Translations under genes and position numbers: made by a program
Part shown: one piece after another, positions 1 through 7,689 of the stretch
How the letters are laid out: every line of letters begins with the position of its first letter
Position numbering within the stretch: position 1 is the first letter of the stretch
The notes under the pieces: generated by a model
Databases searched by the model: none
Seen by the model: only the letters and a program-made list of their open reading frames with translations
Told to the model about the DNA's origin: nothing
NCBI GenBank assembly: GCA_024638465.1
Contig: JAHEKF010000002.1
Span: 18,678 to 82,677 of the forward strand
Length of the DNA stretch: 64,000 nucleotides
Reading direction: 5' to 3'
Source: Rhodospirillaceae bacterium
GTDB lineage: Bacteria > Pseudomonadota > Gammaproteobacteria > Steroidobacterales > Rariloculaceae

Positions 1-47
1 ATCCAGGGCGCTATCGACGTCTTCGGATCGTGCGGGAAGTACGCTAG

Positions 48-2084
48 ATGAGCCGTCGTATCTTCAGATATCTGGCGGGCACCGCGGTCGTCCTGTGCGC
101 AATGTTCGCGCTACTGACAGGGATCGTGATGACGTCGGACCCCTCAGCGTTGGAAAGCGAGAATGTTCGCTGGCTCTTGCTCGGTGTCGCGGCGTCGGCA
201 CTTTTCGTAGCACTTGGTGCCGTCTGGTTTGTCGCCCGCTCGCTCGCAGCGCCGATCGAGACGCTGACCGCGGCCCTCGAGAGGGCTGCTGAAGGCGACT
301 ACGATGCGCCGCCTTTAACCAGCGGCCGCGACGGCCCGCAAGAGCTGGTCGGCGCTTTCGCCGAGATGCAACAGCAACTCAAAGCGAGCGTCATCACGCG
401 CGACTACCTCGATCGTCTTCTTTCCAGCATCCGCGATGCGATCATCGTGATCGACCCTAACGAGGTAATCGTGCGCGTCAACGCGGCCGCGGCCAGCCTG
501 CTCGACTATGCCGACGACGCGCTGATCGGTGAACCGTTGGCAACGGTCGTCGACAAGGAGCTGAAAGAGCCTGACGAGGACAACTCCAGCGCGAAACCGA
601 TAGACGGCGTGTTTCGACGCCTGGACGGCTCCCCTGTCGCGGTCTCGTATACGGTGTCGGACGTTCTCAACGATCGCGGCGAGCTCGAAGGCCGAATCGT
701 CGCTGCACAGAACGTCGCGGAGAGACGCCGGGTCGAACAGAGAATCCGCTACCTGGCGCGGACCGATTCGCTGACCAAAATGCCGAACCGCATGCAGTTT
801 CAGCATCAGCTTCAGCAGGCCATTGCACGAGCGAAACGCACTAATCAGTATCTCGCACTGTTGTACATGGACATCGATCGCTTCAAAGACATCAACGACA
901 CGTTCGGCCATGGTGCCGGCGATACCAGCCTGGAGATATTCGCACAACGCATCATGGCGGAATTGCCGGAAGGAGCAACCGCTGGCCGTCTGGCTGGCGA
1001 TGAATTCGCGGTCATTCTGAGCGGCTACGAGCGAATCGAAACCATGACCGACGCCATCGCATCCACGTCGGAAGCGCTCCTCGCTGCGATCGGCCGTCCC
1101 TTCCACGTTCAGGGCGAAGAAATATTCATCACCACAAGCGTCGGCGTCGCCTACTATCCGGACGACGGCGACAACGTCATCGATCTCATTCGCAATGGTG
1201 ACGCGGCTTTATATCAGGCGAAGAAGGCCGGCGGAAATTGTCTCGAGCGTTATTCGCCCGTGCTCAACACGGCCGCGGTCGAGCGTCTGATGCTGAAGAG
1301 CAAGTTGCGGCGCGCGTTCGAACGCGAAGAGCTAAGGCTGCATTACCAACCGAAATACAACCTCGCTTCCGGCCGCATCGAGGGCGTCGAAGCGCTGGTA
1401 CGCTGGGACTTACCCGAACGCGGGCTCGTCTTTCCGTCCGACTTTATTCCCCTCGCGGAGGAAACGAATCTGATCTTGCAAGTGGGCGACTGGGTACTGA
1501 ACCGCGTCTGCGAGGACTATCGCCTCTGGCAGCGAACTCTGCCGTCTCCGGGTCGCGTCTCCGTCAACCTGTCACTGAAGCAATTGCAACAGCAGCGTTT
1601 CCTCGAAAAAGTACGCGCAATTTTCAAGAGGCATGGCGTATCGCCTACCTGCCTCGAGCTTGAGATTACCGAAACGACTTTGATGGACGACGCCGAGAGA
1701 ACCATCAGAATTCTGGATTCACTCTACGGTATGGGTTTGCATCTTGCTATCGACGACTTCGGAACCGGCTATTCCTCGCTGAGCGCCCTGCAACAGTTTC
1801 CGATCAGTACGCTCAAAATCGACAAGTCCTTCGTGCGCGATGTCGCTGTCGACCAGGATGACGCCACGATCGTCGCGACGATCATCAAGATGGCGCGTAG
1901 CCTCAATATGGATGTAGTTGCCGAAGGCGTTGAAGCGCAGGATCAACTGGAGTTTCTGCGTGAACATGAATGCGATTACGTCCAGGGACATCTCTTCGGA
2001 GATCCCCTGGCGGCGGACGGGCTACTCGAACTCCTGATCGAACAGGAACAGGGCGGCAACCAATACCAGGCGCTGTTCGGCTAA
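48..2084 (+). CDS. Membrane-anchored PAS / GGDEF / EAL c-di-GMP signalling protein
   Basis: 678-aa ORF with two N-terminal hydrophobic segments. It has RLAGDEF in place of GGDEF. EAL-domain motifs EALVRW, ELEITE, DDFGTGYSS, KIDKSF and QG are all present. Confidence 0.85.
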   Translation: MSRRIFRYLAGTAVVLCAMFALLTGIVMTSDPSALESENVRWLLLGVAASALFVALGAVWFVARSLAAPIETLTAALERAAEGDYDAPPLTSGRDGPQELVGAFAEMQQQLKASVITRDYLDRLLSSIRDAIIVIDPNEVIVRVNAAAASLLDYADDALIGEPLATVVDKELKEPDEDNSSAKPIDGVFRRLDGSPVAVSYTVSDVLNDRGELEGRIVAAQNVAERRRVEQRIRYLARTDSLTKMPNRMQFQHQLQQAIARAKRTNQYLALLYMDIDRFKDINDTFGHGAGDTSLEIFAQRIMAELPEGATAGRLAGDEFAVILSGYERIETMTDAIASTSEALLAAIGRPFHVQGEEIFITTSVGVAYYPDDGDNVIDLIRNGDAALYQAKKAGGNCLERYSPVLNTAAVERLMLKSKLRRAFEREELRLHYQPKYNLASGRIEGVEALVRWDLPERGLVFPSDFIPLAEETNLILQVGDWVLNRVCEDYRLWQRTLPSPGRVSVNLSLKQLQQQRFLEKVRAIFKRHGVSPTCLELEITETTLMDDAERTIRILDSLYGMGLHLAIDDFGTGYSSLSALQQFPISTLKIDKSFVRDVAVDQDDATIVATIIKMARSLNMDVVAEGVEAQDQLEFLREHECDYVQGHLFGDPLAADGLLELLIEQEQGGNQYQALFG

Positions 2085-2185
2085 AGGAAAACTCCTTCCT
2101 CGGGCCGTGTGCGGGCGTCTTGGTATCGCTACCGACGCTAGGTTATAGTTGGCCGATACTACCCGGGTACAGAAGAGGTAAGAAT

Positions 2186-2620
2186 ATGAAATTGCTACGG
2201 TTTTTGCTGCTGGCGATGGCTGGTGGCACGGCGGCGACGAGTATGGCATGCGATTATCCGCCGCTCGTAGCGATCCCTGACGGACAGACATCGACGCTCT
2301 CGGAAATGGTCGCGGCGCGACAGGCGGTCAATGGCTACATGAGCGCCATGCAGGGCTACCTGGACTGCCTGGACGCTGAACTCACAGCCACCGGCGACGA
2401 CGCACCCGCCGAATACAAGGCGATCATGTACAACCGCCATGTGACGGCGTACGCAGAGCTCGAAGCGGTCGCCGGAAAGATGAATGAGCAAATCGACCTC
2501 TTCTATCAGGCGAATCCGGATGTCCCGCGACCGGGAGGCGCCGCGGCACAACAGTCGCCGCCGCCACAGTCTTTCCAGCCGGCGGCGTCACCTCAGCCGC
2601 CCCCGGGCACTACGCCTTAG
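2186..2620 (+). CDS. Small secreted two-Cys protein of unknown function with a Pro/Gln-rich tail; paralog of 46949..47344
   Basis: Internal ATG at 2186 of ORF 1970..2620, preceded by AGAGG. Signal peptide MKLLRFLLLAMAGGTAATSMA-C. Colinear similarity to the ORF at 46949. Confidence 0.6.
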   Translation: MKLLRFLLLAMAGGTAATSMACDYPPLVAIPDGQTSTLSEMVAARQAVNGYMSAMQGYLDCLDAELTATGDDAPAEYKAIMYNRHVTAYAELEAVAGKMNEQIDLFYQANPDVPRPGGAAAQQSPPPQSFQPAASPQPPPGTTP

Positions 2621-3045
2621 TCTTTAAGCGACTCGAATTCCCGGTCGAGCTTGAAACGGCTCGACGTCAGATATTTTTCCATCTGCTGAATTCGCGATTC
2701 GATGTCGCGAAAGCGATGCTTTACTGCATCGAGCGTTGCATGCGGCGAAGAACGAACCTGGCGCCTGAGCGCTTCCACTTCTTCGTCCACGGGTCCGTAC
2801 AACGCACGCGGTTTCTTTGGCAACAGAAAAGCGAGCACTATGTACGCAACGAAAGTCGGAAACGTAAAGAAGAACAGGCTCAACGCCGCAAGAATCCGGG
2901 TTACGAGAACGTCGAAGCCGAAGTAGTCGGCGATTCCGGCACACACGCCGAAGATCACCCCCCCGTCGCGATCCTGATATAGCCGGCGCCCGCGTGGCGC
3001 GTGGTTCGGACTGCTGCCGTAATCCGTCATAATTGTTTCCTCCAA
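2617..3045 (-). CDS. pspC: Phage shock protein C
   Basis: GVCAGIADYFGFDVLVTRIL PspC-domain motif plus a TM segment and C-terminal coiled region. Located downstream of pspAB. Confidence 0.85.
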   Translation of the reverse strand: MEETIMTDYGSSPNHAPRGRRLYQDRDGGVIFGVCAGIADYFGFDVLVTRILAALSLFFFTFPTFVAYIVLAFLLPKKPRALYGPVDEEVEALRRQVRSSPHATLDAVKHRFRDIESRIQQMEKYLTSSRFKLDREFESLKD

Positions 3046-3254
3046 TCCGGTACTTCGTCTTCGAGTATCGACTCGAGCGCGTTAACGCGTGACTCCATCG
3101 CCTGGCTGCGCTTCCAGAGTTCTTCGAGCATTTGCTCTTCGTCCTGAGACAGGCCCCGAGTTGCTTTCCACTTCGTGATGAAGTGCATGATGATAGCGAG
3201 CGGCAGGATGACGAATCCCATCGCCACCATGAATATGATTAGTGCAGCTTCCAT
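3027..3254 (-). CDS. pspB: Phage shock protein B
   Basis: 75 aa with a single N-terminal TM helix, then LSQDEEQMLEELW...RVNALESIL, typical of PspB. Lies between pspA and pspC. Confidence 0.85.
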   Translation of the reverse strand: MEAALIIFMVAMGFVILPLAIIMHFITKWKATRGLSQDEEQMLEELWKRSQAMESRVNALESILEDEVPDWRKQL

Positions 3255-3260
3255 GGTTGC

Positions 3261-3947
3261 CTACCCGGCTTTGCTGTTCTCGGCCGGCCGTTGCGCACGC
3301 CGGGACTTGAGATCCTGAAGCTCCCTGTCGATGTCGTCCTCGGATTCGAGATCGGAGAATTCCTGCGCAAGATCCTTTTTGCTGCCGAGATCATACGCCT
3401 CTACGCGACCCTCCATTCCGTCGATTCGTCGCTCGAAACCCTCGAAACGAACGAGTGCATCATCGATCCGGTGATCATGAATCTTCTTTCGGACTTCGAG
3501 CTGCCGCGATGCCGCGTCGTGGCGCGCCAGGATGACCTGCTGCCGCGCTTTCGCATCCGCAAGCTTGCTTTCCAGTCGCGAGACATCCCCGTTGAGCTTG
3601 TCGAGACCTTCGTCGAGCGCCGCCAAAGTCGCATTGACGCCGTCAATGGCTTTAGTTGCACGGGCCTTCTCGGCGAGCGCCGCTTTGGCAAGATCGTCAC
3701 GGCCTTTGTCGATCGCAAGCTCCGCTTTCGCGTGCCAGTCATCGACATCGTCCTGCAACGCTTTGAGCGAGCGCGACGCCTCCTTTCGATCCGCGATCGT
3801 CCGTGCTGCCGCGGAGCGGACTTCGACAAGCGTGTCCTCCATCTCCTGGATCATGAGTCGGACGATCTTCGCGGGATCCTCGGCCTTGTCGAGAATCGCG
3901 TTGATGTTCGAGTTAACGATGTCTGTGAAGCGTGAAAAGATGCCCAT
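3261..3947 (-). CDS. pspA: Phage shock protein A (PspA/IM30 family)
   Basis: N-terminus MGIFSRFTDIVNSNINAILDKAEDPAKIVRLMIQEMEDTL is canonical PspA. 228-aa coiled-coil protein. Confidence 0.9.
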   Translation of the reverse strand: MGIFSRFTDIVNSNINAILDKAEDPAKIVRLMIQEMEDTLVEVRSAAARTIADRKEASRSLKALQDDVDDWHAKAELAIDKGRDDLAKAALAEKARATKAIDGVNATLAALDEGLDKLNGDVSRLESKLADAKARQQVILARHDAASRQLEVRKKIHDHRIDDALVRFEGFERRIDGMEGRVEAYDLGSKKDLAQEFSDLESEDDIDRELQDLKSRRAQRPAENSKAG

Positions 3948-4020
3948 GATGTCGTCCTCAGGCGATGTTCGTCGCCGCTGTCTTAAAGAGCGCCGCCAGG
4001 TCGGCTTCTGCCCAAGCTAG

Positions 4021-4036
4021 AGCAGGATCCGTGCCA
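4021..4036 (-). promoter_or_regulatory. Sigma54 (-24/-12) promoter for pspABC
   Basis: The minus strand reads TGGCACGGATCCTGCT, versus the consensus TGGCAC-N5-TTGCW. It lies about 75 nt upstream of the pspA ATG, in the pspA/pspF divergent region. Confidence 0.6.
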
Positions 4037-4172
4037 GTTTCGGGCCGGCGACACCAAGTTATTCATTTCATTGGCGTTTTCGCCACGACCCGCCGGGCGC
4101 AGACGACGACCGATCAGGTTTTTTACGCCATATCTCGGGTGTTTTCGCCGCTTTTTTGGTATTTTCCGCCTC

Positions 4173-5192
4173 ATGCGTTCCGAACGCCCGGAAACACTCG
4201 CGATCGTCGGCGAGGCGCCCGTATTCCTCGAAATGCTGGAGCATGCCTCGCGCGCCGCGCCATTGGCCAAACCCGTACTCGTCATCGGCGAGCGTGGCAC
4301 GGGCAAGGAACTCGTGGCGTCGCGGCTCCACTATCTTTCAGAGCGCTGGGAACAACCGCTCATCAAAGTCAACTGCGCGGCGCTGACCGAGAGCCTGCTC
4401 GAGTCGGAGCTGTTCGGCCACGAGGCAGGTGCATTTACGGGCGCCAGCAGGACCCACATCGGTCAGTTCGAACAATCGAGCGGTGGCACGCTCGTACTCG
4501 ACGAGCTCGGCACGATACCGCTGCGCATGCAGGAGAAGATCCTGCGCGTCATCGAGTATGGTGAGTTTCGGCGCGTTGGCGGTTCCGAAACGCTCGTCAC
4601 GGATGTGCGAATCGTCGGCGTCACGAACGAAGATTTGCCGCAACTCGCCAGGCGCGGCGAGTTTCGGGCTGACCTGCTGGATCGCCTTGCATTCGATGTC
4701 ATTCACGTACCGCCTTTGCGCGCGCGCCCCGAGGATATATTGACGCTCGCTTACCATTTCGCGGTGAATCTCACGAGCGAACTCAAGCGGCCTTTTTTTC
4801 CAGGATTCTCTACTCCCGTTCAGGACGAACTCATCACTGCGAATTGGCCCGGTAACGTTCGCGAGCTGAAGAACACGATCGAACGCAGCGTGTATCGAGC
4901 GGGGGATCCGGAGCTGCCGATTGCGGAGGTCATTTCGAACCCGTTCGAATCACCTTTCGGGCCGCCGGCCGCTGCAGCCTCGAACGAGGAATCGGGCGAG
5001 CAAACCGCGGCGCAGGCCGAGCCTACCGCCGTCGCGTTTCCTGTCGATTTCAAGGCCACGGTCGCCGACTTCGAGCGCGACCTTCTGGATGCGGCGCTCC
5101 GCCGCTCACGCCACAACCAGCGCATTGCGTCCGGCCTGCTCGGCCTGACTTACGATCAGCTGCGCGGCCTCGTCCGTAAATACCGCGCCTAA
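4173..5192 (+). CDS. pspF: Sigma54-dependent transcriptional activator PspF (no receiver domain)
   Basis: Internal ATG at 4173. AAA+ motifs GERGTGKE, ESELFGHEAGAFTGA (GAFTGA loop) and a C-terminal HTH. Divergent from pspA. Confidence 0.85.
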   Translation: MRSERPETLAIVGEAPVFLEMLEHASRAAPLAKPVLVIGERGTGKELVASRLHYLSERWEQPLIKVNCAALTESLLESELFGHEAGAFTGASRTHIGQFEQSSGGTLVLDELGTIPLRMQEKILRVIEYGEFRRVGGSETLVTDVRIVGVTNEDLPQLARRGEFRADLLDRLAFDVIHVPPLRARPEDILTLAYHFAVNLTSELKRPFFPGFSTPVQDELITANWPGNVRELKNTIERSVYRAGDPELPIAEVISNPFESPFGPPAAAASNEESGEQTAAQAEPTAVAFPVDFKATVADFERDLLDAALRRSRHNQRIASGLLGLTYDQLRGLVRKYRA

Positions 5193-5286
5193 GCCATTAA
5201 CCCCGTTTGCGGTTCGGCCGCGTTATAGAGAGGGTAGAGCGGCGGTCGCTCTTCTCCGCGGCGTGCGGATGACCTAAGCTGAATCC

Positions 5287-5850
5287 GTGGACGCGGGAGC
5301 CGATAGTGCGCTGATGTGCCGTTTCAGGGACGGCGATTCTGCGGCCTTCGACAGGCTTTATGCGAACCACCGTGGACCGCTCTATCGCTACTTCGTCAGG
5401 CAGGTTGCGAGAGGTGCAGTGGACGATTTATTCCAGGATGTCTGGTTTCGGGTCATCAGGAGCAAGGCGCGCTACAGCCCGGACGCGCCGTTTGGCGCGT
5501 TTCTCTACCGGATCGCGCACAACGTTCTGGTAGACCACTATCGCCGTATCGGCCGTGCGCCGGAACTGACGCCCACTGAAACGCTCGAGCTTCCCGATCC
5601 GGCGGCAGGGCCCGAGCGGGCGCTCGCCCAGCACGAACTCAGAACCGTATTGACGAAAGCGCTCGACGATCTCCCCGCAGCGCAACGCGAAGCGTTCCTG
5701 TTACACGAGGAGGGCGGACTGACCCTCGAGCAGATAGCGAAGGTCGTCGGCAGCGGCCGCGAAACGATAAAGAGCCGGCTTCGATATGCATTGAACCGGC
5801 TGCGAAAGGAGTTGGCCGAACAAGCGACGCTCGACGAGAGGCAGGCATGA
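5287..5850 (+). CDS. ECF (sigma-70 family group IV) sigma factor
   Basis: GTG start. Region 2 (DLFQDVWFRV) and region 4 (LTLEQIAKVVGSGRETIKSRLRYAL) motifs. 187 aa. Confidence 0.85.
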   Translation: MDAGADSALMCRFRDGDSAAFDRLYANHRGPLYRYFVRQVARGAVDDLFQDVWFRVIRSKARYSPDAPFGAFLYRIAHNVLVDHYRRIGRAPELTPTETLELPDPAAGPERALAQHELRTVLTKALDDLPAAQREAFLLHEEGGLTLEQIAKVVGSGRETIKSRLRYALNRLRKELAEQATLDERQA

Positions 5851-6584
5851 ACACGAACGAGCCAGACGAATTAGTCCCGGGAGCGGAGCAGGTATCCGAG
5901 GCCTACCAGGCTGCGGGCTTCGACGAATCGCCACCGGCAGAACTCGACCGCGCGATTCTCGCTGAGGCCGAGCGCAGTAATCGACGCTCATTGTTTTCCT
6001 TTCTGCCACCGCTCGCATTGGCTGCTACTGTGGTGCTCTCGGTCTCGCTCGTGTTGCGCTCAGGCGTACTCAACGAGAACACCGAGGTTTTCTCCGACGC
6101 GATCCTGTCCGACGTGCCGGGCACGGCGTCACCCGCAACCGTAACCAACGAGCGGGATCTCGAGTCGACAGAACCCGAGAGCCTGGACTCCGTAGTGACC
6201 GGGTCGGAGGAATTGCAGGCGAACGGTGCGGGGACAGACTTCGACACACCGGTCGCTGCAGAAGCGCGAGCGCCCGCACAAGCACCGGCGGAAGACGAGC
6301 TGCGGGCCCGGCAGGAACTACCCGCGCTTCGCCAGGAAGCGGGCGAGCGATCGGTTCGTACAGAGGCACAATCGCCTGGCGCGGCGGCGCTCGAAGAGGC
6401 CGTGGCAACGTCGACGGCGCTGGACTGCCCGACAGCAGATACCGCTGTCGCCGACGACTGGCTCGCCTGTATCGCGGCGGGCGTCGAACTGGGACAAATC
6501 GATGCCGCGCGGCAGGAACTCGAAGCTTTCTTGGCCGTTTACCCCGAAGTTCCGCTGCCGGAGGAACTCGACATACTGCAATAA
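5847..6584 (+). CDS. Putative anti-sigma factor (single-pass membrane protein)
   Basis: ATGA start/stop overlap with the ECF sigma gene. One TM segment ([21 protein letters not shown]). Acidic low-complexity periplasmic part. Confidence 0.55.
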   Translation: MNTNEPDELVPGAEQVSEAYQAAGFDESPPAELDRAILAEAERSNRRSLFSFLPPLALAATVVLSVSLVLRSGVLNENTEVFSDAILSDVPGTASPATVTNERDLESTEPESLDSVVTGSEELQANGAGTDFDTPVAAEARAPAQAPAEDELRARQELPALRQEAGERSVRTEAQSPGAAALEEAVATSTALDCPTADTAVADDWLACIAAGVELGQIDAARQELEAFLAVYPEVPLPEELDILQ

Positions 6585-6666
6585 TACGGAGGCTGGATCG
6601 CGCAATCGCCATGCTAGAATCTGCGCCCCTTCGAATAACAACCATGAGTCGCGGAGCGAACTTCAC

Positions 6667-7659
6667 ATGACTACGGATACGAGCGGACCGATACGCGTCG
6701 CCATTACAGGTGCAGCCGGGCAAATCGGCTATCAACTGGCTTTCAGAATCGCGTCCGGGCAATTGTTCGGTCCCGAGCGACAAGTCGTACTGCAACTTCT
6801 AGAGATTCCTCCGGCGATGAGCGCGCTGAACGGCGTTGCGATGGAGCTCGACGACTGCGCATTCGATACGCTTGTGGACATCGTCGTTACCGATCAGGCC
6901 GAAGTCGGGTTTCGCGATATTCACTGTGCGCTACTGGTTGGCGCCAAACCGCGGACAGCCGACATGGAGCGCAAGGATCTGCTGCTTGGAAACGCTCAGA
7001 TCTTCTCGGCGCAGGGGAAAGCACTGAACGAAGTCGCTTCGCGAGATGTAAAAGTTCTGGTGGTCGGCAACCCGGCGAACACGAATGCATTGATAGCGCG
7101 CGAGAACGCACCCGATCTCAATCCACTTAATTTCACCGCCATGACGCGTCTCGATCACAACCGCGCTAAAGCGCAGCTCGCCGCGAAGACCGGCGCACAT
7201 GTCTCCGATGTGAACGGCATGATCATCTGGGGCAACCATTCGGCAACTCAGTATCCGGATATCGCACATGCCACGGTCAAGGGCGAACCCGCGTCGGCAC
7301 AGGTCGACGAAACCTGGTATCGCGACGAATTCATACCCACGGTGCAGAACCGCGGGACGGCGATTATCAAGGCACGCGGCGCTTCGTCAGCCGCATCGGC
7401 CGCATCGGCCGCGATCGACCATGTCCGGGACTGGGCGCTCGGCACACCCGGCAACGAATGGATCAGCATGGGTGTCGCTTCGGATGGCAGTTATGGTATC
7501 GCCGAAGGTGTCGTTTACTCCTATCCCGTCCGCTGCGCGGGCGGCGGCGGCTTCGAGATCGTTCAGGGACTGGACATCGACGACTTCAGCCGTGACAAAA
7601 TGGACGTTACCGATGCGGAACTCCGAGAAGAACGCGCGAACGTCGCGGAGCTTCTCTAA
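6667..7659 (+). CDS. mdh: Malate dehydrogenase
   Basis: Internal ATG at 6667 of ORF 6226..7659. [15 protein letters not shown] Rossmann motif. [12 protein letters not shown] is typical of the LDH-like MDH family. Confidence 0.9.
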   Translation: MTTDTSGPIRVAITGAAGQIGYQLAFRIASGQLFGPERQVVLQLLEIPPAMSALNGVAMELDDCAFDTLVDIVVTDQAEVGFRDIHCALLVGAKPRTADMERKDLLLGNAQIFSAQGKALNEVASRDVKVLVVGNPANTNALIARENAPDLNPLNFTAMTRLDHNRAKAQLAAKTGAHVSDVNGMIIWGNHSATQYPDIAHATVKGEPASAQVDETWYRDEFIPTVQNRGTAIIKARGASSAASAASAAIDHVRDWALGTPGNEWISMGVASDGSYGIAEGVVYSYPVRCAGGGGFEIVQGLDIDDFSRDKMDVTDAELREERANVAELL

Positions 7660-7689
7660 GCAATCTGATACCGGCCCCGGAGAGACAAC

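Noticed and set aside
315-1106. Long antisense or alternative-frame ORFs throughout the track. Examples: 315..1106 (-), 6070..6795 (-), 9000..9974 (+), 11846..12886 (-), 21963..22643 (-), 43897..44820 (-), 45487..46401 (-), 47278..48033 (-), 53406..54356 (-).
   Set aside because: Each lies entirely within, or opposite to, a gene with clear family motifs. Their translations are Arg/Ala/Pro-rich low-complexity sequence, typical of shadow ORFs in GC-rich DNA, and none shows a recognisable motif.
5193-5286. Search for an autoregulated ECF promoter (GGAAC/GAACTT-type -35 element) upstream of the ECF sigma gene.
   Set aside because: No convincing -35/-10 pair was found by eye. The GGAACTT motif occurs instead in the polA-engB spacer.
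6226-6666. The 147-codon N-terminal extension of the mdh ORF.
   Set aside because: It overlaps the 3' end of the anti-sigma gene in another frame and is Arg-rich nonsense. The conserved MDH N-terminus begins at ATG 6667, just before the Rossmann GAAGQIG motif.
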